Source: a virus
Length of the DNA: 64,000 bases
Strand: one strand, 5' to 3'
Virus record (IMG/VR): IMGVR_UViG_3300020733_000010
Coordinates: 1-64,000 of that record
The notes beneath the pieces are model-generated. The model was not told the origin of the DNA. It saw only the letters and a list, made by a program, of their open reading frames with translations, and did no database searches. The translations under genes were made by a program, and so were the position numbers. Shown piece by piece: positions 18,190 through 27,948 of this stretch (the first letter of the stretch is position 1; each line of letters starts with the position of its first letter).

Positions 18190-19128
18190 TTAGTATCCAC
18201 CATTTAATGGACTACGTTTCCATGTATTTGTTGCAGTGCATACATAGATGTAATTTGAATCCCAGCAGATTTGTCCAGGTGTTCCTGTAGCATTAGATGC
18301 TTTAGTTGTTTGTGGTGCTTTCAATAAGCCAGTTATTGTGATGTTGTTGGCACCGATGTTGCCTGAATAATCTTTTAGTTGAGGTCCGTACTTAAACTCA
18401 CCGCTGTCGTAAGTTACTATATTGCCTTGGCCGTCTGTTGACCCAACTGAACTCACAAAGAATCCGCCATTTACCGATAATGTGGAACTACCATTAAATG
18501 CGATATTGCCATCAGTTCTTAATTCAATGATATCATTTTGATTGCTGTCCTGTACGAGGACATTGCCGGGTGTAGTAAATTTATTCGTGTCATCAAATGT
18601 CCAACTATTCTCTGAGCCAGCTACAGTTATAGTAACATTAGCATTACTGTCTAATGTTAGTGTACTATTACCAGAAACCAAGTTTGATTGTAATCCTGTT
18701 GCACCGTTAACTTGTAATATACCATTACTTACTGTCAGTTCAGCAACATTAGCAGTATTAGCACTATCAGTAATATAGATAGTACCTGGACCTAACCATA
18801 AGTTAGCCCAACGATGTGTTTCGTCACCCAAAAAATAAGTATTGTCTGTAACAGGAATGACATTACCAGATGTTAATGTGTTGTTAGTAAATGAAAGATT
18901 TGCTGAACCAGTGAATAAGTTGCCGCCAGCGTTTAATTGAACAGAACCAACTGGGCCTGCAGGATCAGCGTGTGCTCCACCTCCTACCGGCACGCCACCG
19001 ACTGTACTACCATCACTATAGAAAAGTGCATTAGTGTTTGGATCATACCAAATGCGACCTAATTCTCCTACATAGTTAGCTGAGTCTATGTTATTGACAC
19101 GACCTGTAAATAATTTTTGAATTGACAT
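18190..19128 (-). CDS. tail fibre/virion structural protein
   Basis: N-terminal GELGRIWYDPNTNALFYSDGSTVGG motif; Asn/Thr/Gly-rich beta repeats; C-terminal PGQICWDSNYIYVC-W. Confidence 0.7.
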   Translation of the reverse strand: MSIQKLFTGRVNNIDSANYVGELGRIWYDPNTNALFYSDGSTVGGVPVGGGAHADPAGPVGSVQLNAGGNLFTGSANLSFTNNTLTSGNVIPVTDNTYFLGDETHRWANLWLGPGTIYITDSANTANVAELTVSNGILQVNGATGLQSNLVSGNSTLTLDSNANVTITVAGSENSWTFDDTNKFTTPGNVLVQDSNQNDIIELRTDGNIAFNGSSTLSVNGGFFVSSVGSTDGQGNIVTYDSGEFKYGPQLKDYSGNIGANNITITGLLKAPQTTKASNATGTPGQICWDSNYIYVCTATNTWKRSPLNGGY

Positions 19129-19130
19129 GA

Positions 19131-19469
19131 TTAACCCTCAAAAGGTTCGTCACCGCCGAATAATGCTGCTGGATTGATACCTGCGTTCTTTTTGATAACT
19201 ACTAATTCGTCAGGATTGCCTTCTTCATCATAGTAATTAGGCACATCAACTGCTTTCTTCATCAATTCAATTTTTTGTTGTAGTGGAGGAATAAAGTCAC
19301 CTAATTCTTCACTAGCATCACTTGCTTTATTTTGATTGTCATTCTGTGTAGCTTTTGTTTGTTGTAAGAAATTTGCTGTTTGATTTTCTGAGTCATCCTG
19401 TGCAACTTCTCCATCGGCAATACCGTCTAGTTTGTCTGCTAATGTTCTTAATAGTTCGCTGATTTGCAT
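19131..19469 (-). CDS. small acidic virion-type protein with M-x-I-x-E-L N-terminus
   Basis: MQISELL; AAGGA RBS. Confidence 0.7.
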   Translation of the reverse strand: MQISELLRTLADKLDGIADGEVAQDDSENQTANFLQQTKATQNDNQNKASDASEELGDFIPPLQQKIELMKKAVDVPNYYDEEGNPDELVVIKKNAGINPAALFGGDEPFEG

Positions 19470-19494
19470 TTTATTTCCTTATTATATTGGTATA

Positions 19495-20469
19495 TTAAAT
19501 ACCAAATCTTGCTCGTTCTTGGTTAAAGTTTTCTGTAACCTGATCGGCAGTTAGTGCCCCGTTGTATATTCTGACTACGCCAACATCGCCAGGGAAGAAG
19601 TACTTACTAGAAGTATCACCGTCCCATCTACGACCAACACGCACTGTACCGTTACCTGATCCGCTGACTGCTCCTACTGTTACAACACTGGCGTATACTC
19701 CATTGTTATATTGTTTTAAATAAGTACCATCATATGTACCAACGACATGATACCATTCTCCAATCGTAGGAATTAACGGAGATGCTGGACTTGTAACATG
19801 CCATGATCCATTATAGAAACCTACACGAACACTACTCTCGGCACCAGATACACCATTGTAATTTGTAATGCAGAAATTAATTGCATTATAGAAATTACTA
19901 CCTTCTTGATATGTTGTTGTGACCAGTGCGGTTGCCCCTGTTGGGCCTGCTGCTGATAAATCAGCACTGGTTCTAAACCATGCTTCAACTGTCCATTGTG
20001 TTAAACTACCTAATGTAGCTGCCTCTGCATATTGTGCATTGCTAGGATTAAATGTAAAATACCCTGGCTCTGCTTGCGTATAAGTAGGTGAATTGTATAA
20101 TGTGAAGTTATTGGTATTGCCGCTAACGTCATTCCAAGCAGTTCCTGTACCAGGATAACTTGCATCGTTTACCGTGCTCAAATCAACTAATAAGTTGGAT
20201 TCAAGTGCTAAAACTTCCCAAGGTCTACCTATTTGTAAACCACCGTTGTTATTGTTATCTACGATATTGTTTCCACTATACTGTGTGGGCAATAATGTGA
20301 TATCGTAAATATTGTCGTTTCTATAATATGGTTTTGTAGGATCTACATTACCTGTTATTGTACCATCAATAGCTACAGTTTTTCCCTGACGTTTAGCCTG
20401 AGCAATATCCAGTTTGGCTTTTTGTTTAGCCTCTTTTGTTGATAATGTTGAAATTCCGTTAGCTGCCAT
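19495..20469 (-). CDS. LamG/concanavalin A-like lectin domain protein
   Basis: TGTAWNDVSG, WTVEAWF, WYHVVGTYDG, YNNGV, VRIYNGALTADQVTENF. Confidence 0.85.
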   Translation of the reverse strand: MAANGISTLSTKEAKQKAKLDIAQAKRQGKTVAIDGTITGNVDPTKPYYRNDNIYDITLLPTQYSGNNIVDNNNNGGLQIGRPWEVLALESNLLVDLSTVNDASYPGTGTAWNDVSGNTNNFTLYNSPTYTQAEPGYFTFNPSNAQYAEAATLGSLTQWTVEAWFRTSADLSAAGPTGATALVTTTYQEGSNFYNAINFCITNYNGVSGAESSVRVGFYNGSWHVTSPASPLIPTIGEWYHVVGTYDGTYLKQYNNGVYASVVTVGAVSGSGNGTVRVGRRWDGDTSSKYFFPGDVGVVRIYNGALTADQVTENFNQERARFGI

Positions 20470-20485
20470 AGTGATATCCTATATA

Positions 20486-20761
20486 TTATTTATCGTAGGG
20501 CTTCTCACCTGTCAGCCACGTTTTACTGAACCAAAGTCTGAACCACTCGTCAGATCCTGGGCGAATGTTGCGTTCACGCTGCATCTGTCCTAGATTAGTA
20601 GCGTTGTTTGTCATATATTCCCCGTAGCTAGTCTGCTCATTGACACCTGCTAATTTCTTCAGGTCTTCAAGTGAGTCAATATTTTGCTCGGGAATGGAAA
20701 CGGACTTGAGTTTATCAAATCCGTTCATTAGTTTACTTTGTTGAAATGGATCGAACATCAA
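20486..20761 (-). CDS. small hypothetical late protein (likely ATG 20758)
   Basis: ATAAATA 4 nt upstream of ATG; NIRPGSDEWFRLWFS. Confidence 0.7.
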   Translation of the reverse strand: MMFDPFQQSKLMNGFDKLKSVSIPEQNIDSLEDLKKLAGVNEQTSYGEYMTNNATNLGQMQRERNIRPGSDEWFRLWFSKTWLTGEKPYDK

Positions 20762-20765
20762 CTAT

Positions 20766-21458
20766 TTATTTGATATCCAACATATTTAATTTTGTGACCA
20801 CAATTGCATAATAATGTTCTTTGATTTTGGATTCTTGATTAGTGTCACGGTCTGTTACACTTAATTCAAATTCCATATCATTGAATCTGTCAAGTTTGAA
20901 TCCTGTACGTTGCAATAGTGCATCTAATTGACGTACACCCATAATTGAATAGTGATTGTTATTGTATTCGTGCTTACGGTCACAGTCGGGTGCAGGTACT
21001 TCAATGTACATTTTAGCTCCCTGTTTCAACAGACGATTATATTCAATCAAGTTAAAGATTGGGTATGGGCTATGTTGTAGTGTGTGACGCAAAAAGATAA
21101 AGTCAACACTTTCATCTGTAAACCCATCACTTTGTGGCAAGAAGCAAGGATCATATTCTTTTACATCAAGTCCACGTGCTCTAATATCTTTTGCGTTGTT
21201 TTCGCTAAGTGTGATACCAGTAACGTTTGTGTACTTTTTCTTTTTCATAACATCCAAGAAATATCCTGTGTCACAACCAATGTCAAGTATACGTGCATTT
21301 TTTTTAAGTTTGATTGGATCAACATAGTCTTTTACGACCTGATCTACAATTGTTCTTTGGAAGTCAACGTCTACCTCATCGTAAAGATGACTGGTATATA
21401 ACCATTCGTTGAAAAATTTAAGTTTAACTAAGTCTAGTGTTCTATTGATATCTAACAT
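20766..21458 (-). CDS. class I SAM-dependent methyltransferase
   Basis: ILDIGCDTG motif I, VDFIFLRHTLQH, LLKQGAKMYIEVP. Confidence 0.85.
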   Translation of the reverse strand: MLDINRTLDLVKLKFFNEWLYTSHLYDEVDVDFQRTIVDQVVKDYVDPIKLKKNARILDIGCDTGYFLDVMKKKKYTNVTGITLSENNAKDIRARGLDVKEYDPCFLPQSDGFTDESVDFIFLRHTLQHSPYPIFNLIEYNRLLKQGAKMYIEVPAPDCDRKHEYNNNHYSIMGVRQLDALLQRTGFKLDRFNDMEFELSVTDRDTNQESKIKEHYYAIVVTKLNMLDIK

Positions 21459-21514
21459 GGATTCCCCGTATAGTGTTTTTATTACTTATACGGATAGTTA
21501 GTATCGTTGAAATT

Positions 21515-21892
21515 TTATTTGAAGCCTTTGAACCCTTGAATTGGGCTGACCTTGTGTGTATCGTCAGGCTCTTTACTCTTGCTGCGTTTATTGTTAGTGT
21601 GGGCGTCACTAGGAACTGTCTTTAATGCAGATTGAACCATGTTATGTTCTTCATCGGTATATGGATGAATTGTGTTATATTTTTCAGTAGGCCCAGCAGA
21701 ATCCATTTTAACAGCTTTAGTTGATTTTCCATCAGCCATTGCCATAGCCATCCACAAACGGTTCATATGATAGACACGGTCATATCCACCTACGTCACGT
21801 GAAATAATAGTTCCTTGGTCAGCTGCTGCATGATGGTCATGCATTTTAGCCCTAGCAGGACCAGACTCAGTGATAAATTCGTGTGCTCTCAT
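21515..21892 (-). CDS. putative internal head protein
   Basis: MRAHEFITES N-terminus; CTAAATA 5 nt before ATG. Confidence 0.65.
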   Translation of the reverse strand: MRAHEFITESGPARAKMHDHHAAADQGTIISRDVGGYDRVYHMNRLWMAMAMADGKSTKAVKMDSAGPTEKYNTIHPYTDEEHNMVQSALKTVPSDAHTNNKRSKSKEPDDTHKVSPIQGFKGFK

Positions 21893-21900
21893 AATAGTAT

Positions 21901-22677
21901 TTAGTCTACAATAATATATTCAACAGTATGTGTTGAAACACTATTACGCAATGGATTTACCATGATACGAATATTCCCAAAAGCAACATCAACATTATAT
22001 CTTGTTACAGGGATGCCATGGAATAATGTTCCATATGCACTGTAATTTGCACCTGTACCATCATTGGTTGTCATAACTGCTAATGTAGCTTTTTGACTGT
22101 TGTTTGTACTTGCTTCACGGCTAGTAATCATAAACTCAGCAGAGTTAAACGAACCCACAGGAGCCTGATAAAGAATTTGGTTTGCTGTATTGTCAGGTGT
22201 AGTTACAGTGATTGTATTTAATGACAGATTACCTAGTACTAAGTCACCCTGTAATACTAAGTTACCAGTAGCATAAACATTACCTACACCAATATCTGCT
22301 TGTGTTCCGGGAACTGCAAAAGTAACTAGGTTATTGTTTACAACTAATGTAAGATTTCCTGTATGTAAACCATTGTTTGCTAGATAAATGTTTTTAAATC
22401 TATCGTTGCTTGCACCCAAACTAATAGTTGCATCAGTTAATGGTAATACGTTAGCACCTAGATTCAATATGTTATTGGCAACATCATATTGAATATTTGC
22501 AGTACCGTTATATAATCCATTTGCTGCAAACTGTAAACTACCATTTGGACCATTTGGTGCAAGTTGCATCAACTCTGCAAAGTTGTTGTTAATCTTATCA
22601 AACGCAACACGTAACGGATCACCTGATCCATCATTAGGTAAAGTACCAATATTAATATTTGCTTCTGTAATAGCCAT
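21901..22677 (-). CDS. baseplate/tail structural protein
   Basis: INIGTLPNDGSGDPLRVAFDKINNNFAEL, the T4 gp9/gp10-type N-terminal motif. Confidence 0.75.
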   Translation of the reverse strand: MAITEANINIGTLPNDGSGDPLRVAFDKINNNFAELMQLAPNGPNGSLQFAANGLYNGTANIQYDVANNILNLGANVLPLTDATISLGASNDRFKNIYLANNGLHTGNLTLVVNNNLVTFAVPGTQADIGVGNVYATGNLVLQGDLVLGNLSLNTITVTTPDNTANQILYQAPVGSFNSAEFMITSREASTNNSQKATLAVMTTNDGTGANYSAYGTLFHGIPVTRYNVDVAFGNIRIMVNPLRNSVSTHTVEYIIVD

Positions 22678-22755
22678 TGTTTTATCCCGTTATCTAGTAT
22701 TTATCTGTACATCAATAGTAACCGGTGATAAATAACTGACTATTAAGGAGCTTTC

Positions 22756-23577
22756 ATGCGTAAATTTATTATTGGATTCTCATTGCTACTACTTTCAATC
22801 AGTAGCTTTGCTTGGAATCAAAGACCACCATTCCCCGTAGATCAGTGTAAAGCACACGCACCCTACGGTTTTCCACAAGCACAAGGCGTACAGCCATTGT
22901 GTCAGCAAGCATATCTAGTTGGATATGACGCCGCTGCTAAACTACCAAAGTTTGTAACATATGAACTACTTCCTCAAAATGCTCTTGGCTGCGTTGCTCG
23001 CACTAATGCTTTTGCTACCAATCAGTTTGTTCCTAATGGAGCCGTACCTGGCGACTACGCCGGTACAGGATATGACAAAGGACACATGGCTCCCGATGGC
23101 GACCTATCATGGGATGTTCAAGTAGAGTACGAAAGTTTCTTGATGACTAACATGAGTCCACAAGCTGGTTCATTGAATCGTGGCATTTGGAAATTACTAG
23201 AAACTAGTGTTCGTGGTTGGGCAGTTCAGCGCAATCAATCATACACTGTTTATGTAGGTGGAGTATATAATGCACAAGACAAGAAAATCGGCAACGGCGT
23301 CGTTGTTCCGCATGGTTTTTACAAAATTGTTATCAATAATCAGACCAAAGAAATAGCAGGATGGGCATTCCCTCACGTTGCTCCTTATCCTAACTTAGGT
23401 AATGACTTGACCAAGTTCCGTTTGCCAATCAGTCAAATTGAACAAGCAGGTGGTGTACAATTTGCTTTCCCTCCAGGAGCAGTTGAACTAGCACCAGGTA
23501 AAGAATGGCCAGTAGACTTTGGCGCATTGACAAATGCAAAACGTCAAAAATGCGGTGCAAACGCAAGTGCTGATTAA
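22756..23577 (+). CDS. DNA/RNA non-specific endonuclease (NucA/Serratia family) with signal peptide
   Basis: YDKGHMAP, FLMTNMSPQ...LNRGIWKLLE, VPHGFYKIV; N-terminal signal peptide ending SSFA; AAGGAG RBS. Confidence 0.9.
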   Translation: MRKFIIGFSLLLLSISSFAWNQRPPFPVDQCKAHAPYGFPQAQGVQPLCQQAYLVGYDAAAKLPKFVTYELLPQNALGCVARTNAFATNQFVPNGAVPGDYAGTGYDKGHMAPDGDLSWDVQVEYESFLMTNMSPQAGSLNRGIWKLLETSVRGWAVQRNQSYTVYVGGVYNAQDKKIGNGVVVPHGFYKIVINNQTKEIAGWAFPHVAPYPNLGNDLTKFRLPISQIEQAGGVQFAFPPGAVELAPGKEWPVDFGALTNAKRQKCGANASAD

Positions 23578-23594
23578 TCAACACTGACACCCAC

Positions 23595-23623
23595 AAAAAA
23601 AGCCCCTTAATCGGGGCTTTTTT
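23595..23623. terminator. bidirectional intrinsic terminator
   Basis: A7-GCCCC-TTAATC-GGGGC-T6 between convergent genes. Confidence 0.85.
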
Positions 23624-23951
23624 ATTTTGTAGCGTTTTCAAATATCTTTTTCTGTATCTGATACCATTCAATCCATTGATCGGATTTTACAGCACATTGA
23701 TAATAAGTAGAATAATTAACATTCACTGTATCGGCAACATCGCTTAGTTGCGCTTTATCTTGCAACTTCTGTAAGTCGGGACAACGTTCTAGTGATTTAC
23801 TGCTAGGACTATCGGGAAACTTGGCAGTTACCCCAACTGTTGTGCTACAACCCGTTAACCAAATAACTATTAAACATATTAATATAGCAACAACTATACC
23901 TTTAACTGTATCTACCCAAGTATATTTTTCATCTGTATCGTCATCAATCAT
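23622..23951 (-). CDS. o-spanin (Rz1-like) lipoprotein
   Basis: Lipobox LTGC, Pro-rich segment, CPDL...Y..C...WIEWY..QK pattern. Confidence 0.7.
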   Translation of the reverse strand: MIDDDTDEKYTWVDTVKGIVVAILICLIVIWLTGCSTTVGVTAKFPDSPSSKSLERCPDLQKLQDKAQLSDVADTVNVNYSTYYQCAVKSDQWIEWYQIQKKIFENATK

Positions 23952-24205
23952 ACCGCACCTGCAATGTTAATTAATCCATTGATACACATGTTAATTGTAT
24001 TCAAATGGTTTTGCTCAACTTGAGCACTGTTAATATTTAATGTACGTTGAATATCTAATAACAATTCTTTGTACTCAGGGACAGATAGTTTACCTTGTTT
24101 TACCAATTCAGTGTATTGGTGGATTGTATCAATCTCACTATTAACTGCTGGGTTTTCGCTTTCTACACTATTAAGTGTAAATTGAATTTCTGATAAGTCG
24201 CTCAT
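23948..24205 (-). CDS. hypothetical protein
   Basis: ORF with ATGA overlaps on both sides. Confidence 0.7.
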   Translation of the reverse strand: MSDLSEIQFTLNSVESENPAVNSEIDTIHQYTELVKQGKLSVPEYKELLLDIQRTLNINSAQVEQNHLNTINMCINGLINIAGAV

Positions 24206-24612
24206 TTAGGTTTGCCTCCTTCAATCATCTGTAGTTTGGCTGCATTGTCTTCTAAGTTCTTAAACTTGATTTTGCAAAATACTTCACTGACTTTACCTGA
24301 ATCATACATCTTAGTAAATCCCTGGGCCATTTGATTTAGTTGAGTACTAGCATCTTGCATTGGTTTATTGTGTGGAAGATTCTCAGCATAGAACTGTAAT
24401 GCAGTTGTTGCATCTGCAATTTCCTTGCTGTTGATTTTGCTTAGTGTTTGGTCATTGCAAGAATTTTGACTTAGATTAGCTTTGACCCTAATGTCAGTTG
24501 CTAATTTATATTCATTGCCATCATATTTCATTAAGAATGCTTCAACTGTTGAACATCCAGTAAGTATTATTAGTAGAAACGCTAATATACCAAGTATTAC
24601 TCCATATCTCAT
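24202..24612 (-). CDS. putative lipoprotein
   Basis: Hydrophobic leader with lipobox ILTGC. Confidence 0.7.
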   Translation of the reverse strand: MRYGVILGILAFLLIILTGCSTVEAFLMKYDGNEYKLATDIRVKANLSQNSCNDQTLSKINSKEIADATTALQFYAENLPHNKPMQDASTQLNQMAQGFTKMYDSGKVSEVFCKIKFKNLEDNAAKLQMIEGGKPK

Positions 24613-25064
24613 TTTGGTGCCTCCGCTGCATCATTGTGTGCTTTGACGAATTCAGGAGGAATTACACAGGATTTATTGTATTTTGCAACTTCTCGTTGAA
24701 TGTATTCTTTGTTAACACCTTGACGTACAATAATGACTTTTTCTTTTTGTTTTGCTTTTTTGTCTAACTTGTCGTTAGCAAGTTTGCTTTCTTGTTCTGC
24801 TTTGTCTACTTTAGCCTGAATTTCTTCTGCTTTATGTCTCCAGAGTAGTTCAGTCTCATATCCGCCCTTAAAGAAGGCGCCACCTGCTAATAATACAAGT
24901 GCTAGTATATGAACCAATATCATGTATGCTTCAATAGCGGGAAACCATCGCTTGAACAAGCCAGATAGTATTGTTGAAATTAAAAACAATACGGCTCCAA
25001 GACCTAGGACGCCGTCAATGAATAATTGAAGATAACTGTCGGGTATAAAGTGTAGGAAGAACAT
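24609..25064 (-). CDS. i-spanin (Rz-like)
   Basis: N-terminal TM segments, coiled coil, C-terminal CVIPPEFVKAHNDAA. Confidence 0.7.
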   Translation of the reverse strand: MFFLHFIPDSYLQLFIDGVLGLGAVLFLISTILSGLFKRWFPAIEAYMILVHILALVLLAGGAFFKGGYETELLWRHKAEEIQAKVDKAEQESKLANDKLDKKAKQKEKVIIVRQGVNKEYIQREVAKYNKSCVIPPEFVKAHNDAAEAPK

Positions 25065-25068
25065 ACAC

Positions 25069-26025
25069 TTATTTAGCGAAAAAACTAGACCCTTTCAGCC
25101 AATCATAGTAAATTTGGAAACCTTCAGCAACGTCAATTTTGGGGTCAAAATTAAAGTCTCTACGTGCAGCATCAATATTCAATGCCCCGCGACTTGGGAA
25201 GTCTAAATCCCTGTTTCCTACAATAATCTCACCTTGACCCACGATTTTTACAGCTAATTTGGCTGCATCAAGTAGTGTGTGACTATGACTTTTTGTGATA
25301 TTGTATGTTTTATTGTCTGTATTATCGCTCAATGCGGCTGCAACGATACCGTCTGCTGCATCTTCTACAAACGTGAAGTCAAGTGTTTCACTGGCACCGT
25401 TAACATTAAGCGGTTGTCCTCGCATTGCACGGAGGATGAATTTTGAAATGACACGGTCTTCCACGTCAAGTGGACCATATACAGCAGAGGGGCGTATAAT
25501 AGTATGAACAAGATTAGTACGACGGCTATAGTCTTTAACAAGCCATTCGCCTGCGAGTTTGAGGATTCCATATTGTCCTTGTGGTTTACATTCATAATCT
25601 TCTTTTACATCATCGGTGAAGTCACCATACACCATTGAACTACTGATATAGATGAACTTGCGTACTTCATATTTGTCACAGGCTTCCAACAAGTTGAGTA
25701 ACCCTTCGCTCATTGTACGACTACCAAGTGCAGGGTTTGCATTAACTACCTTCTGTCTCGGGAAGCTAGCCATGTGAATCACAATCTCTGGTTCTTCTAA
25801 GTAAAAGGTTCTATCTACCTTTTCTACATCACATATATCCCTTAACCATATTTCACTCTTAAACTTTTTAGACCGTTCGGTCATTAGATAATCAATTTCA
25901 TCTTGGGGTATAATGCCATAGTTTGTTTGTATGTCCATGATACATACATCATGTCCAAGGTCTTCTAAACGACTAACGACATTATGTCCTATGAGTCCGG
26001 CTCCGCCTGTTACTAAAATTTTCAT
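25069..26025 (-). CDS. NAD-dependent epimerase/dehydratase (extended SDR)
   Basis: TGGAGLIG, SSSMVYG, YGILK (YxxxK), IRPSAVYGP, LDFTFVED. Confidence 0.92.
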   Translation of the reverse strand: MKILVTGGAGLIGHNVVSRLEDLGHDVCIMDIQTNYGIIPQDEIDYLMTERSKKFKSEIWLRDICDVEKVDRTFYLEEPEIVIHMASFPRQKVVNANPALGSRTMSEGLLNLLEACDKYEVRKFIYISSSMVYGDFTDDVKEDYECKPQGQYGILKLAGEWLVKDYSRRTNLVHTIIRPSAVYGPLDVEDRVISKFILRAMRGQPLNVNGASETLDFTFVEDAADGIVAAALSDNTDNKTYNITKSHSHTLLDAAKLAVKIVGQGEIIVGNRDLDFPSRGALNIDAARRDFNFDPKIDVAEGFQIYYDWLKGSSFFAK

Positions 26026-26285
26026 TCGTATTTCAACTTATAATATGTTAATTGTTTGTGTGTTAGATATGCTCTAATTTGATATTGATATCCATAGTTG
26101 TATATGTCATGATTACGATGCCAACTTGGTTTAGGACTAGAATTTTTCATTATCCACTTGCCTGCTTCAGTTTGTTGCCATTCATGTATCGGCTGTGCCA
26201 CAAATAAATCAGGATCTTCAACATCACTCATCTTAATAGTATGTGCTACAAATCCTATTGTTTTTGCTTCTTCTGAGTCAATCAT
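26022..26285 (-). CDS. small protein, WFxLRW-family variant
   Basis: Ends YLTHKQLTYYKLKYE. Confidence 0.7.
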   Translation of the reverse strand: MIDSEEAKTIGFVAHTIKMSDVEDPDLFVAQPIHEWQQTEAGKWIMKNSSPKPSWHRNHDIYNYGYQYQIRAYLTHKQLTYYKLKYE

Positions 26286-26312
26286 ACTGCCATATCTGCT
26301 TTAATTTGTCTA

Positions 26313-26900
26313 TCAATCTAATTTCCGAATGAGATGATTTTTAAAAACACTTTTGCTCGGCATTATACCTTTAGCCATTCTACTGATAGTAGCATGGACA
26401 TTAGCGATACTGACATTGAATTCATCGGCAATAGACTTTAACCCTACTACTTGTTTAATAGACCCATCTGGATAAATTATCTCATAATATGTTGTATAGG
26501 GCAACAAAGAAGGGTCAATCCCTTTGATCCAACTGTTAGTCAATTGATTCTCTCTAAGAACCTCACGGGTTTCTTTGGAGTGAGATTTTCCATAAAATGG
26601 ATTTTTATCACCCTTTCTTTTTTTAGCATTTTCTCGCAATGTTTCTTTACCTTCTACTGTCCAATTTTTAGGACCTAACATTTTTAAATAATTTGCTTCT
26701 TCTTTACCTATCTGGTTTGACAATGCCATGTACGCAATATAATCAAACTTATTCCCATATTCTTCAAATAATGTTTTATGAGCCGCAGCGTGTTCAGCAA
26801 TTGTTAGCTTAACTAAGTTAGAAGGATCATTAGTCCCTCCCATGTGTTTAGGTATAATATGATGGTAATGATACATTGATTTCATGTATCTATTTATCAT
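26313..26900 (-). CDS. free-standing HNH homing endonuclease with NUMOD3-like motif (likely start 26888)
   Basis: HHIIPKHMGGTNDPSNLVKLTIAEHAAAH; NPFYGKSHSKETR. Confidence 0.88.
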   Translation of the reverse strand: MINRYMKSMYHYHHIIPKHMGGTNDPSNLVKLTIAEHAAAHKTLFEEYGNKFDYIAYMALSNQIGKEEANYLKMLGPKNWTVEGKETLRENAKKRKGDKNPFYGKSHSKETREVLRENQLTNSWIKGIDPSLLPYTTYYEIIYPDGSIKQVVGLKSIADEFNVSIANVHATISRMAKGIMPSKSVFKNHLIRKLD

Positions 26901-26919
26901 TATGGTCTACCTTTTAATA

Positions 26920-27831
26920 TTAAACTGCCATTGGAGCCTTTAATTGCCCGTGTGATTGATAGTCAATTAATTTTATATCATCCATCTTGAAATTGTTTAT
27001 ATCTTTGATTTCGGGGTTAAGCCACAGTGTAGGTAATTGATAAGGTTCTCTACTCATTTGCTCATTTACTTGTTCTACATGATTCTGATATATGTGAGTA
27101 TCACCTGTACTAATAACTAATTCACCTACATTCAAATCACACACTTGAGCAACTAAATGAGTGAGTAGCGCATAGCTAGCAATATTAAAGGGGAGACCTA
27201 AATAAACATCAACACTACGCTGGTACATATGACAAGATAATTCTTTATTTTTGTTGACATAAAACTGACTCATAACGTGGCATGGTGGCAATGCCATTTG
27301 GTCAAACTCACCTGGGTTCCATGCACTGATGATATGTCTACGACCATTAGGATCGTTGATTAAGCCTTCAAGTAAATTTTTGAGTTGATCCGTCTCTTTG
27401 ACATGGAAGTGACCTTCTCTGTTGTATTGACTACCGAAGTCGTCTTTAAACGTTTCTTGTGTATGGTAGACAGGCGTTTGCCAGTGACGCCATTGTACTC
27501 CATATACACGACCGAGGTCGCCCTCAAATTTCGCTTTAGGCTTCCAATACGGTGCAAGCGCATTTGGCGTCCAAATTGTTGTGGTTCCATCACGACTACC
27601 GTGGGTGAGTTCTGCCAATCTACGCTCATCACCACTTCCCTCAATAAACCAAAGTAATTCACCGACAACGCTTTTCCAAGCAAGTTTCTTAGTGGTAATG
27701 GCAGGGAATCCTGTACGCAAATCAAAGCGAAGATTACGTCCAAAAACACTATAAGTACCAACGCCGGTTCTATCATCTTTTTCTTCTCCGTTATCTAAAA
27801 TATCTTGTAATAGGTCTAAGTATTGTTGCAT
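26920..27831 (-). CDS. thyA: thymidylate synthase
   Basis: DDRTGVGT, ELLWFI, YGVQWR, AWNP, LPPCH, YQRSVD.YLGLPFNIASY, DTHIY. Confidence 0.96.
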   Translation of the reverse strand: MQQYLDLLQDILDNGEEKDDRTGVGTYSVFGRNLRFDLRTGFPAITTKKLAWKSVVGELLWFIEGSGDERRLAELTHGSRDGTTTIWTPNALAPYWKPKAKFEGDLGRVYGVQWRHWQTPVYHTQETFKDDFGSQYNREGHFHVKETDQLKNLLEGLINDPNGRRHIISAWNPGEFDQMALPPCHVMSQFYVNKNKELSCHMYQRSVDVYLGLPFNIASYALLTHLVAQVCDLNVGELVISTGDTHIYQNHVEQVNEQMSREPYQLPTLWLNPEIKDINNFKMDDIKLIDYQSHGQLKAPMAV

Positions 27832-27876
27832 GGTTATAGTTTAACATTATTGTTGTATGATTACAACTATATTGGC

Positions 27877-27902
27877 AAAATGCCCTGAGTCGTGTCAGAG
27901 CA
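27877..27902 (-). terminator. probable intrinsic terminator upstream of the thyA promoter
   Basis: TGCTCTGA-CACGAC-TCAGGGCA-TTTT. Confidence 0.55.
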
Positions 27903-27948
27903 TCTTACCTTTAGCTTATTCCTCCTTTAGGATCACAAGCCAAAAACC

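Noticed and set aside
26313-27831. Group I intron in thyA
   Set aside because: All ThyA motifs are in one continuous ORF and the HNH gene lies outside it.
27903-27948. Riboswitch or small ORF upstream of thyA (contains AAAGGAGG)
   Set aside because: The nearest ATG is too far from the SD-like run, no known aptamer consensus was recognised, and a terminator plus a separate promoter lie between it and thyA.
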